Assembly: GCA_024710925.1 (NCBI GenBank)
Contig: JANJTW010000057.1
Coordinates: 4,888-68,887 of the forward strand
Source of the DNA: Rhodocyclaceae bacterium
GTDB lineage: Bacteria; Pseudomonadota; Gammaproteobacteria; Burkholderiales; Rhodocyclaceae
Direction of reading: 5' to 3'
Length of the DNA: 64,000 nucleotides
Below, one piece after another: positions 34,906-43,002 of the stretch (the first letter of the stretch is position 1; each line of letters begins with the position of its first letter). A model generated the notes under the pieces. The model was not told where the DNA came from. It was given only the letters and a program-made list of their open reading frames with translations, and did not search any database. The position numbers and the translations under genes are program-made.

Positions 34906-35846
34906 CGAACGACTCCGTGCAGTTGCGTCGCCAGCCAGTGGTAGGCCGGGATGCCGAGCAGCAGGTTGAAGGGGAAGGTGATGCCGAGCGCGGCGCCGAT
35001 AGACAGCGCCGGGTTGGCCTCCGGCACGGCGATGCGCATCGCCGCCGGCGCCGCGATGTAGGAGGCGCTGGCGTAGAGCGTGGCGAGCAGCGCGGCGCCG
35101 CCGACCGAGAAACCGACGACGGTGGCGGTGGCGGCGCCGAGGGCGCCGGCGGCGAGCGGCATGAGGAGGGCGAAGCCGAGAAGGAAGCCGCCGGCGCGGC
35201 GCAGGTCGCCCAGCCGGCCGGCGGCGACCAGCCCCATTTCGAGCAGGAAGAAGGCCAGCATGCCCTTGAACAGGTCGAAGAACAGGCGGTCGAGCGGACG
35301 GATGCCGTCCGCCCCGGCGGCCCAGCCGATCAACAGGCCGCCAACCAGCAGCAGGATGCTCTTGCCGGCCAGCACCTCGTGCAGGATGCGCCCCCATGGC
35401 GCCTCGCGGCTGCCGCCGCGGGCGAGCAGGACGCCGATGACCAGCGCCGGGAATTCGAGCAGCACGAGGAAGACGACGAGGTGCCCCTCGGCTTCCTCGC
35501 CGCGGCCGGCCAGCCAGGCGGCGGCGACGGCGAAGGTGACGACCGAGACCGAGCCGTAGTGGGCGGCGATCGAGGCCGCGTCGGCACGCGCGAAGCCGCC
35601 GAGGCGGCGCAGCACCGGGAAGGCGGCGAGCGGGATCAGCGCGGCGACGGCGACGACGATGGCGGCCTGGCCGAGCAGTTCGCCGACCGGGTGTTTGGCC
35701 AGCTCGACGCCGCCCTTGAGGCCGATGGCGAGCAGCAGGAAGAGGCTGATCGATTCGTAGAGGACGCCGGGGATTTTCAGGTCGGAGCGCAGGATGCCGG
35801 CGGCGAGGCCGAGCAGGAAGAAGAGGACGACAGGTTCGAAGGGCAT
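34902..35846 (-). CDS. Sodium-dependent bicarbonate transporter family permease (SbtA/DUF897-like)
   Basis: MPFEPVVLFFLLGLAAGILRSDLKIP... is a typical N-terminus of the family. About 10 TM segments. Confidence 0.75.
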   Translation of the reverse strand: MPFEPVVLFFLLGLAAGILRSDLKIPGVLYESISLFLLLAIGLKGGVELAKHPVGELLGQAAIVVAVAALIPLAAFPVLRRLGGFARADAASIAAHYGSVSVVTFAVAAAWLAGRGEEAEGHLVVFLVLLEFPALVIGVLLARGGSREAPWGRILHEVLAGKSILLLVGGLLIGWAAGADGIRPLDRLFFDLFKGMLAFFLLEMGLVAAGRLGDLRRAGGFLLGFALLMPLAAGALGAATATVVGFSVGGAALLATLYASASYIAAPAAMRIAVPEANPALSIGAALGITFPFNLLLGIPAYHWLATQLHGVVR

Positions 35847-35850
35847 CGGG

Positions 35851-35875
35851 CAAAAAACGGCGGCCGGAGCCGCCG
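35851..35875 (-). terminator. Intrinsic terminator/attenuator-like hairpin between the TerB-like gene and the sbtA-like start
   Basis: Minus strand reads CGGCGGC-TCCG-GCCGCCG followed by TTTTTT. The U-tract ends 5 nt before the sbtA-like ATG. Confidence 0.6.
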
Positions 35876-35884
35876 CGCGGAAGG

Positions 35885-36397
35885 TCAGTGGCGGGGGGCG
35901 TGTGCCGAATTCGCATGCGGCGAGTGCGGCGATGGGCGTGCGGCACGGCTCCGGCGAAGCTGCGGCGGCCAGCGGCGCCCCGGCGGCGGTGCGATGCGCA
36001 GCGCGGCGAACGGCGTCAATCCCCAGCACTCGGCGGCCAGCGCGACGAGCACGGCCTCGCCGCCGGCGAGCTGGCCGTCGGCCGCGACGACCTCGCGCAC
36101 GGTGCGCAGCAGGCGCTTCTGCAGGCGGCGATGGCGGACCTCGCCGAGGATTTCGCGCAGCGCCTCGTGGCCGATCTCGAACTGGCCGCTGGCGTCGCGC
36201 AGCGCGTACTGCGCGAGGTCCTCGCACAGCGCGTGGATGACGCGCTCGAAGCGTTCCTCGTCGAGGCCGAGGCGGTCGAGGATGGCGTGGCGGCGCAGCG
36301 TGCCGAGTTCGGACGGGTCGATGGCGCCGTCGGCGAGCAGGGCGAGGGCAAGGACGCGGGCGGCGGCTTCCGGGCTGTCGGGGGCGTAGTGGCGCAT
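35885..36397 (-). CDS. TerB-like domain protein
   Basis: AGGAG RBS. Two LLADGAIDPSE / VAADGQLAGGE repeats are typical of TerB-like helical bundles. The C-terminal ~45 aa is a Pro/Arg-rich low-complexity tail. Confidence 0.55.
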   Translation of the reverse strand: MRHYAPDSPEAAARVLALALLADGAIDPSELGTLRRHAILDRLGLDEERFERVIHALCEDLAQYALRDASGQFEIGHEALREILGEVRHRRLQKRLLRTVREVVAADGQLAGGEAVLVALAAECWGLTPFAALRIAPPPGRRWPPQLRRSRAARPSPHSPHANSAHAPRH

Positions 36398-36466
36398 GGC
36401 GGTCTCCTGTCGGTCGTTGTCGGTGGCCCGCGCTGGCGGGCAGGACGAATATCGCTGCTGCCCGCC

Positions 36467-36483
36467 ATTAAATCCAATTAAAC
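36467..36483. promoter_or_regulatory. Candidate LysR/CbbR-type binding site (T-N11-A; TAA-N7-TAA)
   Basis: ATTAAATCCAATTAAAC sits in the AT-rich divergent intergenic region between the TerB-like gene and the LysR gene. Confidence 0.4.
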
Positions 36484-36514
36484 TATTTGCGGTTTTACAT
36501 TTGCCAAGACTTAT

Positions 36515-37417
36515 ATGCCGCGTCGCCGCATCACCTTCCGCCAGCTCGAAACCTTCGCCGCCGTCGCCCGGCTGAAGAGCTTCTCGCGCGCCGCCGAGGC
36601 GCTGCACCTGACGCAGCCGGCGGTGTCGATCCAGATCCGCCAGGTCGCCGACGTGATCGGCTTGCCGGTGTTCGAGCAGCACGGCCGCGAGATCGCGCTG
36701 ACGCCGGCCGGCGAGGAGCTGCTCGTCGCCGCGCGCGGCCTCGACGACGTCTGGAACCGCTTCGAGTCGGCCATCGCCGGCCTCAAGGGGCTGCGCCGCG
36801 GCAAGCTGCGCGTGGCGCTGGTGACCACCGCCAAGTACTTCCTGCCGCGCATGCTCGGGGCCTTCTGCCGGCGCTACCCGGACATCGACATCGAGCTGGA
36901 GATCGCCAACCGCGAGCGCATCGTCGAGCGCCTGCGCGGCAACCAGGACGACCTCTACGTGATGTCCTACCCGCCGGCCGACCTTGACATCGTCAGCCGC
37001 CCCTTCCTCGACAACGAGCTGGTCGTCGTCGCCCCGCCCGGCCATCCGGCGGCCGGCCGCCGGCTGACGCTGGCCGACCTCGCCGGCGAGCACTTCCTGC
37101 TGCGCGAGGCCGGCTCCGGTTCGCGCCACGCCGTCGACGAGCACCTGCGCGACGCCGGCGTCCGCCTCGACGTGCGCCTGTCGCTCTCCAGCAACGAGGC
37201 GATCCGCGACCTCGTCGCCAGCGGCCTCGGCCTCGCCGTGCTCTCCCGGCACGCGCTCGGCGACGCCCTCGCGCGCGGCGAGCTGGTCGTCCTCGACGTC
37301 GCCGGCTTCCCGCTGCGCCGGCCGTGGAGCGTCGTGCACCTGCGCGGCAAGGTGCTGCCGCTGCCGGCGCAGGCCTTCCTCGACGAACTGCTGCGCGCCG
37401 GCGGCGATGGCGCCTGA
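36515..37417 (+). CDS. LysR-family transcriptional regulator, CbbR/CmpR-like
   Basis: ITFRQLETFAAVARLKSFSRAAEALHLTQPAVSIQIRQ HTH. Overall pattern resembles CbbR regulators. Confidence 0.9.
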   Translation: MPRRRITFRQLETFAAVARLKSFSRAAEALHLTQPAVSIQIRQVADVIGLPVFEQHGREIALTPAGEELLVAARGLDDVWNRFESAIAGLKGLRRGKLRVALVTTAKYFLPRMLGAFCRRYPDIDIELEIANRERIVERLRGNQDDLYVMSYPPADLDIVSRPFLDNELVVVAPPGHPAAGRRLTLADLAGEHFLLREAGSGSRHAVDEHLRDAGVRLDVRLSLSSNEAIRDLVASGLGLAVLSRHALGDALARGELVVLDVAGFPLRRPWSVVHLRGKVLPLPAQAFLDELLRAGGDGA

Positions 37418-37487
37418 ACGCCGCCGTCGAGCAAGGGTGAAAGGGCGGCGGCGAACCATCGGCGCCGGCGCCGGTCAATGCAGCACG

Positions 37488-39113
37488 ATGACCGCACGCG
37501 CCCCCCTTCCCCTCCGTTCTCCCGTTTCCCTTCTCGCCGCCGAATTCGATCACCACTTCGCGCGCCACCTGCCCGGCGAATCGCCTGACGCCGGGCCGCC
37601 GCGCCAGTCGCGGCCGGTGCACGGCGCCTGCTGGTCGGCGGTGCCGCCGACGCCGGTGGCGGCGCCGACGCTGCTCGCCTGGTCCGACGACCTGGCGGGG
37701 ACGCTCGGGCTGGCGCCGCCGGACGACGCGCCGGCGGTGGCCGAGGTGCTCGCCGGCAACCGCCTCTTGCCCGGCATGAAGCCGATCGCCGCCTGCTACG
37801 GCGGCCACCAGTTCGGCCAGTGGGCCGGCCAGCTCGGCGACGGCCGCGCCATCGTCCTCGGCGACCTCACCGCGCCGGACGGCCAGCGCTGGGAGCTGCA
37901 GCTGAAGGGTGCCGGCCTGACGCCGTACTCGCGCCGCGCCGACGGCCGCGCCGTGCTGCGCTCGTCCTTGCGCGAGTTCGTCTGCAGCGAGGCGATGCAC
38001 CATCTCGGCGTGCCGACGACGCGCGCGCTGGCGCTGGTCGGCACCGGCGAGACGGTGATCCGCGACATGTTCTACGACGGCCGCCCCGAGGCCGAACCGG
38101 GCGCCGTCGTCACCCGCGTCGCGCCGTCCTTCGTCCGCTTCGGCAACTTCGAGATCTTCGCCGCGCGCGGCGACCACGAGCGCCTGCGCCTGCTCGCCGA
38201 TTACGTCATCGACCATTTCTTCCCGGAAATCGAGGGCGCCGGCGCCGAGCGCTATGCCGCATGGTTCGCCGAGGTCGCCCGGCGCACCGCGCTGCTGATG
38301 GCGCACTGGCTGCGCGTCGGCTTCGTGCACGGGGTGATGAACACCGACAACCTGTCGATCCTCGGCCTGACCATCGACTACGGGCCGTTCGGCTGGCTCG
38401 ACGCGTTCGATCCCGACTTCACGCCGAACACCACCGACCAGGGCGGGCGCTACGCCTATGCGCAGCAGCCGGGGGTGGCGCTGTGGAACCTGCAGCGGTT
38501 GGCCGAGGCGCTGGCGCCGCTGCTCGACCGGCCGGCGGCGGAGGCGGTCGCCGGCACGCTCGACGGTTTCGCCGGCGTCTTCGCCGACGCGTGGAAGCGG
38601 CAGGCGCTGGCCAAGGTCGGGCTGCTCCCGGCCGACGGTGGCGAGGACGAACTCGTTGCCCGCCTGCTCGGGATCATGACGTGGGCCGAGGTCGATACGA
38701 CGCGCTTCTTCCGCGCGCTGATGGCTGTCGACCCGGCGCGGCTGCCGGCGGACGGCCTGCCGCCGCCGCTGCTCGCCGCCTGCTACGCGCCGCGGGCGCT
38801 GCCGGCGGCCTTCGTCGGCGGCCTGCGCGACTGGCTCGCCGCCTACGCGGCGCGGCTGGCCGCCGACGGCGTCGACGACGCGACCCGGCGCGCGCGCATG
38901 GCCGCCGCCAACCCGCGCATCATCCCGCGCAACTACCTGCAGCAGCAGGCCATCGACGCCGCCGCCGGCGGCGACCTGGCGCCCCTGGCGCGCTTGCTCG
39001 CCGCCGTCCGCGACCCCTATGCCGACGGGCCGGACGACGATCCGCACGCCGCGCTGCGCCCGGAGTGGGCGCGGCACGCGCCGGGCTGCTCGGCGCTGTC
39101 GTGCAGCTCGTGA
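37488..39113 (+). CDS. selO: Protein adenylyltransferase SelO (YdiU family)
   Basis: YGGHQFGQWAGQLGDGRA, LKGAGLTPYSR, HGVMNTDN and IIPRNYL motifs. Cys-containing C-terminus. Confidence 0.9.
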   Translation: MTARAPLPLRSPVSLLAAEFDHHFARHLPGESPDAGPPRQSRPVHGACWSAVPPTPVAAPTLLAWSDDLAGTLGLAPPDDAPAVAEVLAGNRLLPGMKPIAACYGGHQFGQWAGQLGDGRAIVLGDLTAPDGQRWELQLKGAGLTPYSRRADGRAVLRSSLREFVCSEAMHHLGVPTTRALALVGTGETVIRDMFYDGRPEAEPGAVVTRVAPSFVRFGNFEIFAARGDHERLRLLADYVIDHFFPEIEGAGAERYAAWFAEVARRTALLMAHWLRVGFVHGVMNTDNLSILGLTIDYGPFGWLDAFDPDFTPNTTDQGGRYAYAQQPGVALWNLQRLAEALAPLLDRPAAEAVAGTLDGFAGVFADAWKRQALAKVGLLPADGGEDELVARLLGIMTWAEVDTTRFFRALMAVDPARLPADGLPPPLLAACYAPRALPAAFVGGLRDWLAAYAARLAADGVDDATRRARMAAANPRIIPRNYLQQQAIDAAAGGDLAPLARLLAAVRDPYADGPDDDPHAALRPEWARHAPGCSALSCSS

Positions 39114-40754
39114 TCAGTCGTCGCCGATGCGCGCGCGCAGCGCCGCCGCCGAGCGCTCGGAGATGACCAGCACCAGCTTCATCATCGCCCGCGTCGCGCC
39201 GACGAACAGCTTCTTCACCGCCTTGTCGTCGAGCGCGTCGAAGTCGATCTCGGCGAACACCACCGCCGGCGCCGACTGCCCCTTGAAGCGGTAGACCGAT
39301 TCGATCAGCACGTCGCCCTCGGAGAACACCGGCGCGCCGAGCAGGTCGTATTCGCCGGTGAAGCGGCGCATGGTGTGCGGGCCGATACGGTCGTAGGCCA
39401 AGAGCCGCGAGTTGTTGCGGCCGCTGTAGCTGACCACCGCCACGTCCTCCTTGCGGAAACCGGCCGAATAGCACAGCCGGATGCCTTCCTTCAGCGCCTG
39501 CAGCAGCGAGGCGTCGTCGCGGTAGGTGAGGATCTCGACCTCGCCGGCGTCGATCGGCGACGCCGCCTCGACCGGCATCTCCGGCGGCAAGAGCGGCTGC
39601 AAGAGGCGCACCACCGGCCGCGGGCAGCGGAAGTTGGCGAACGAGCGCAGGCCGACCCAGCCCGGCAGCGGCACCGGCTCGCGCCCGTAGAGGTTCTGCA
39701 GCGGATCTTCGAGCCACAGCAGGCGGGCATCGTCGCGCGCGTGGCGGAAGATCTGGTCGCGCCATTCGGCGTGGAAGTCCTGCCCCTCGTCGACGATCAG
39801 CGTGTCGAAGCGCCAGACGTCGTCGACCGGCAGCGCCGCCGCGTCCTCGACCAGCCGCTCGAAGGCGCCGGGCCGGCTGAAGTCGGGCGGCTGGCCGGCG
39901 GCGCGCAGGCGCTGCTGGCAGAAGGCGTGGAAGGTGCCGATCAGCCCGCCCTCCGGTGCGATGGCGCGGAAGTGGTCGGCCAGCGGCCGGTTGTAGCAGA
40001 GGTAGAGCGGGCGGCCGCCGCGCTCCAGCGTCGCCCGGTATTCGGCGAGCGCCAGCTGCGTCTTGCCGGAGCCGGCGGTGCCGGTGACACGCAGCCGGAA
40101 CGGTTCGAATTCGAGCTGCCGCGCCCAGTGCGCGAGGCCGCCGGCAATGCGCCCGACCAGCGCGCGGGCGCGGCCGATCAGCGCGCTGACGTCGGTCTCC
40201 AGCGAGATGATGTCGCACAGGAAGCGGTGCACCTTCTGCGCCTCGGGCGACGCTTCGCCCGCCGGCAGCACGGCCTCGATCAGCGCCGGCAGGCGGTCGC
40301 GGCGCTCGGCGTCGACGATGCGCTCGGGCGCCAGCCCGGCGCTGTGCGGCTGGCGCACGCGGTAGTCGGGGCAGTAGAAGAGGTAGTCGATCTGCGCCGC
40401 CGGCGCGTCCGGGCGGGCGTTGAGCTTGCCGCGCAGCGCGTCGACGTTGCGCGCCAGCTGCGCGACGACCGACTTGGTCCGCCCCGGGTAGCGCTTGACC
40501 AGCCCTTCCGGCGTCTCGTCGAGGAAGCCGGCCTTCTGCTCGATCACCAGCAGCCGGCCGGCACGGTTCATGACGATGAAGTCGATTTCGCCGAACACCG
40601 AGTAGCCGCGTTCGAGGTTGGTCCAGTGCACCGCGTGGTAGACGCTGTAGTCGTCGGGCAGCGCGTCGGCGAGCCGGGCGAGGGTCTCGATCTCGCGCTG
40701 CGCGGCGCCGGTGGCGGCCAGTTCGCGCCAGCCGTCGGGGAGGATGTGGGCCAT
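39114..40754 (-). CDS. NERD-like nuclease domain fused to an SF1 (UvrD-like) helicase/ATPase
   Basis: N-terminal GEIDFIVMNRAGRLLVIEQK (D...ExK). Walker A GTAGSGKTQLA, Walker B LIVDEGQDF, C-terminal YRFKGQSAPAVVF. ATG 40754. Confidence 0.75.
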   Translation of the reverse strand: MAHILPDGWRELAATGAAQREIETLARLADALPDDYSVYHAVHWTNLERGYSVFGEIDFIVMNRAGRLLVIEQKAGFLDETPEGLVKRYPGRTKSVVAQLARNVDALRGKLNARPDAPAAQIDYLFYCPDYRVRQPHSAGLAPERIVDAERRDRLPALIEAVLPAGEASPEAQKVHRFLCDIISLETDVSALIGRARALVGRIAGGLAHWARQLEFEPFRLRVTGTAGSGKTQLALAEYRATLERGGRPLYLCYNRPLADHFRAIAPEGGLIGTFHAFCQQRLRAAGQPPDFSRPGAFERLVEDAAALPVDDVWRFDTLIVDEGQDFHAEWRDQIFRHARDDARLLWLEDPLQNLYGREPVPLPGWVGLRSFANFRCPRPVVRLLQPLLPPEMPVEAASPIDAGEVEILTYRDDASLLQALKEGIRLCYSAGFRKEDVAVVSYSGRNNSRLLAYDRIGPHTMRRFTGEYDLLGAPVFSEGDVLIESVYRFKGQSAPAVVFAEIDFDALDDKAVKKLFVGATRAMMKLVLVISERSAAALRARIGDD

Positions 40755-40838
40755 GGGTGTCCGGAAGTTTCTGCCGTCGATGTTGGCGCCATCGTAGGGC
40801 AAAATGCGCGGGCCTCAAACGCTTTCCGGAACCTTGCC

Positions 40839-41432
40839 ATGACCCTCGCCGCCGTCGACCTGCCCCGCGCCTACCGCCTGCTCAACCACGGCCCGGTGAC
40901 GCTCGTCACCAGCGCCCATGCCGGCCGCCGCAACCTGATGGCCGCCGCATGGACGATGCCGCTCGACTTCGACCCGCCGAAGGTGGCGCTGGTCGTCGAC
41001 AAGAGCACCTACACGCGCGAGCTGATCGAAGCGTCCGGCAGCTTCGTGCTGAACATCCCGTGCCGGGCGCAGGCGGATGCCGTGCTCGCCGTCGGCGCGT
41101 GCAGCGGTCGCGATGCCGATTGCGGCGGCGACAAGTTCGCGCGCTTCGGGCTGGCGACGCTGCCGGCCGCGCAGGTCGAGGCGCCGCTGCTCGCCGGCTG
41201 CGTCGGCTGGCTGGAGTGCCGCGTCATTCCGGAGGCGCACAACGAGCAGCGCTACGACCTGTTCGTTGCCGAAGTGGTTGCCGCCTGGGCCGACCCGGTG
41301 GTGTTCGCCAACGGCCGCTGGCATTTCGAGCGCGCGCCGGCGGACAGGCGGACGCTGCACTACGTCGCCGGCGGCGCCTTCTATGCGACCGGCGAAGGCG
41401 TCGAGGCTGCTGCACCGGTTGCGGTCGGCTGA
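40839..41432 (+). CDS. Flavin reductase-like (FMN-binding split-barrel) protein
   Basis: NHGPVTLVTS...NLMAAAWTMPL...GSFVLNI pattern. Confidence 0.8.
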   Translation: MTLAAVDLPRAYRLLNHGPVTLVTSAHAGRRNLMAAAWTMPLDFDPPKVALVVDKSTYTRELIEASGSFVLNIPCRAQADAVLAVGACSGRDADCGGDKFARFGLATLPAAQVEAPLLAGCVGWLECRVIPEAHNEQRYDLFVAEVVAAWADPVVFANGRWHFERAPADRRTLHYVAGGAFYATGEGVEAAAPVAVG

Positions 41433-41466
41433 GCGGCTGTTGCTCGCTGCTGCTTGGGGGGCGGCA

Positions 41467-41590
41467 GCGCGATGCGCGAGGGGTATCGTTCAGCCGCACC
41501 CAGAGGCACTTCTTCACGATGCGCAGGGCACATCGTTCAGTCGCACCCAAGGGCACTTCTTCACGATGTGCAAAGCACATCGTTTAGTCG
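41467..41590. repeat. Tandem 45-47-nt hairpin repeat, about 2.6 copies (locus B of the family seen at 16271-16388)
   Basis: Units 41499-41545 and 41546-41590, plus a partial unit at 41467-41498. They share the core CACTTCTTCACGATGCGCA.GGCACATCG.TCAGT with locus A. The last unit contains the stop codon of the downstream minus-strand gene. Confidence 0.8.
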
Positions 41591-42126
41591 TCCTCGTCTT
41601 CCTCGTCGATGAAGGTTGAGGGGGGGCGTTCGAGAATCCGCCAGGCGGCGCGCAGGTCGTCCGGCAAGGGTTCCGCCGGCCCGGCGGCGGTCGGCGGCAG
41701 CGTACGCCAGATGCGGCTGCAGGTCGCTTCGAGCACCGCCGCGTCGGCACTGCCCGGCGCCGGCACGTAGTACTGCAACTTCTCCGGGCGCGGCTCGAAG
41801 GCGCCGGACAGGCCGCGCGTTATGATCGCCATTGCCGAGCGCGCGCAGCGGATCGACCACAGCGTGCGCCGCTCCGGCGGGCCGTCGCCGGGCAGCCAGG
41901 TCCATTGCTGCGACGCCTCCGGCAGGTAGATGGTGCGTTCCCAGATTTCGTGGCGGCGGCCGCGCTGGCGCAGGCTGTCGAGGTCGATGCTCACCTGCCC
42001 GGCCGGCCAGGTCGGCGTCGCCGCCGTGTCGCCGAGGTGCAGCCAGCGCTCCCCGGCCGGCGCGGCGAACGCCACCCCGCAGAGCAGCAGGCTGCAGAGA
42101 GGCTTCGCGGCGGACGGGGTTTTCAT
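41584..42126 (-). CDS. Hypothetical secreted protein with an acidic C-terminus (possibly surface-adhesin-E-like fold)
   Basis: Signal peptide MKTPSAAKPLCSLLLCGVAFA and high GC3. The family assignment is weak. Confidence 0.5.
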   Translation of the reverse strand: MKTPSAAKPLCSLLLCGVAFAAPAGERWLHLGDTAATPTWPAGQVSIDLDSLRQRGRRHEIWERTIYLPEASQQWTWLPGDGPPERRTLWSIRCARSAMAIITRGLSGAFEPRPEKLQYYVPAPGSADAAVLEATCSRIWRTLPPTAAGPAEPLPDDLRAAWRILERPPSTFIDEEDEDD

Positions 42127-42274
42127 GATCTTGGTGGTTCCGGGCGACGCGCGGCGCGCATGCTGCCAGTGTAGTCCGCGCACCGAGGTAATGCCGAGCG
42201 GAATGCGCCGCCCCGACGCGTATAGAATCGGAACGGATCGCCGGACGTGCCGGCGGCGCAGCACGGAGAGCGAA

Positions 42275-42748
42275 ATGATTGCCGGCATCAAGGAATTCTT
42301 CAGCCAGTTCATCGAACCCGGCACCCGCAGCGGCAGCAACGACGGTGAGCACGCGTTGCGGGTCGCCACCGCCGCCCTGCTCGTCGAGATGATGCGCATG
42401 GACCAGCGCATCGACGACGCCGAACGCGACTCCGTCGCCGCCACGCTGCAACGGGAGTTCGGCCTCGACGCGGCGCAGCTCGCGGCGCTCGTCGCCCTCG
42501 CCGGGGAGGAGGCACGCCAGGCCAGCGGCTACCACCAGTTCACGACGCTGATCAACAAATCCTGCGATGCCGCGCAGAAGGTGCGCATCGTCGAGAACCT
42601 GTGGCGCGTCGCCATGGCCGACGGCCACCTCGACGCGCACGAATCGCACCTGATGCGCCGCATCGCCGACCTGCTGCACGTCGGCCACGCCGACTACATC
42701 GCGGCGAAGCAGCGGGCGCGCGCGGCGACGGGGCTGGCGGCGGGGTAA
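42275..42748 (+). CDS. TerB-family protein
   Basis: LLVEMMRMDQRIDDAE and LWRVAMADGHLDAHESHLMRRIADLL repeats. Confidence 0.75.
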   Translation: MIAGIKEFFSQFIEPGTRSGSNDGEHALRVATAALLVEMMRMDQRIDDAERDSVAATLQREFGLDAAQLAALVALAGEEARQASGYHQFTTLINKSCDAAQKVRIVENLWRVAMADGHLDAHESHLMRRIADLLHVGHADYIAAKQRARAATGLAAG

Positions 42749-42766
42749 GCGGGAGAGAGAAAAGAC

Positions 42767-42800
42767 AAAGGCCGATTCCGCTGGAAATCGGCCTTTTGGT
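42767..42800. terminator. Bidirectional intrinsic terminator (TerB gene on + strand, tRNA-Arg on - strand)
   Basis: AAAGGCCGATT...AATCGGCCTTTT: an 11-bp stem with T-runs on both strands. Confidence 0.75.
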
Positions 42801-42805
42801 GTTTC

Positions 42806-42882
42806 TGGCGCGCCCGAGACGATTCGAACGTCCGACCCCTGCCTTCGGAGGGCAGTACTCTATCCAGCTGAGCTACGGGCGC
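42806..42882 (-). tRNA. tRNA-Arg (anticodon CCG)
   Basis: The reverse complement folds as a canonical 77-nt cloverleaf: acceptor GCGCCCG/CGGGCGC, D-arm GCTCAGCTGGATAGAGT, anticodon stem CTGCC/GGCAG with loop CTCCGAA, T-arm GTTCGAATC, 3' CCA encoded. Confidence 0.95.
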
Positions 42883-43002
42883 GCGGAAAGGGCGTCAAGC
42901 ATAGCGGGTTTCGTCGCCGGCGTCCAATTTGACCCTTCTGGCGAAGGGGGGAAAGGGCGATATAATCCGCGCTTCAAACAAACAAGCACAAAGGATTTCC
43001 CC

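Noticed and set aside
35886-35892. B12-box-like heptamer GCCACTG on the minus strand, preceded by CATGCGAATTCGGCAC, just upstream of the sbtA-like terminator hairpin.
   Set aside because: The heptamer overlaps the TerB-like stop codon. The upstream conserved riboswitch elements (AGGGAA and others) are absent, and a single heptamer is expected by chance several times in 128 kb of sequence. It is kept only as a note for a covariance-model scan.
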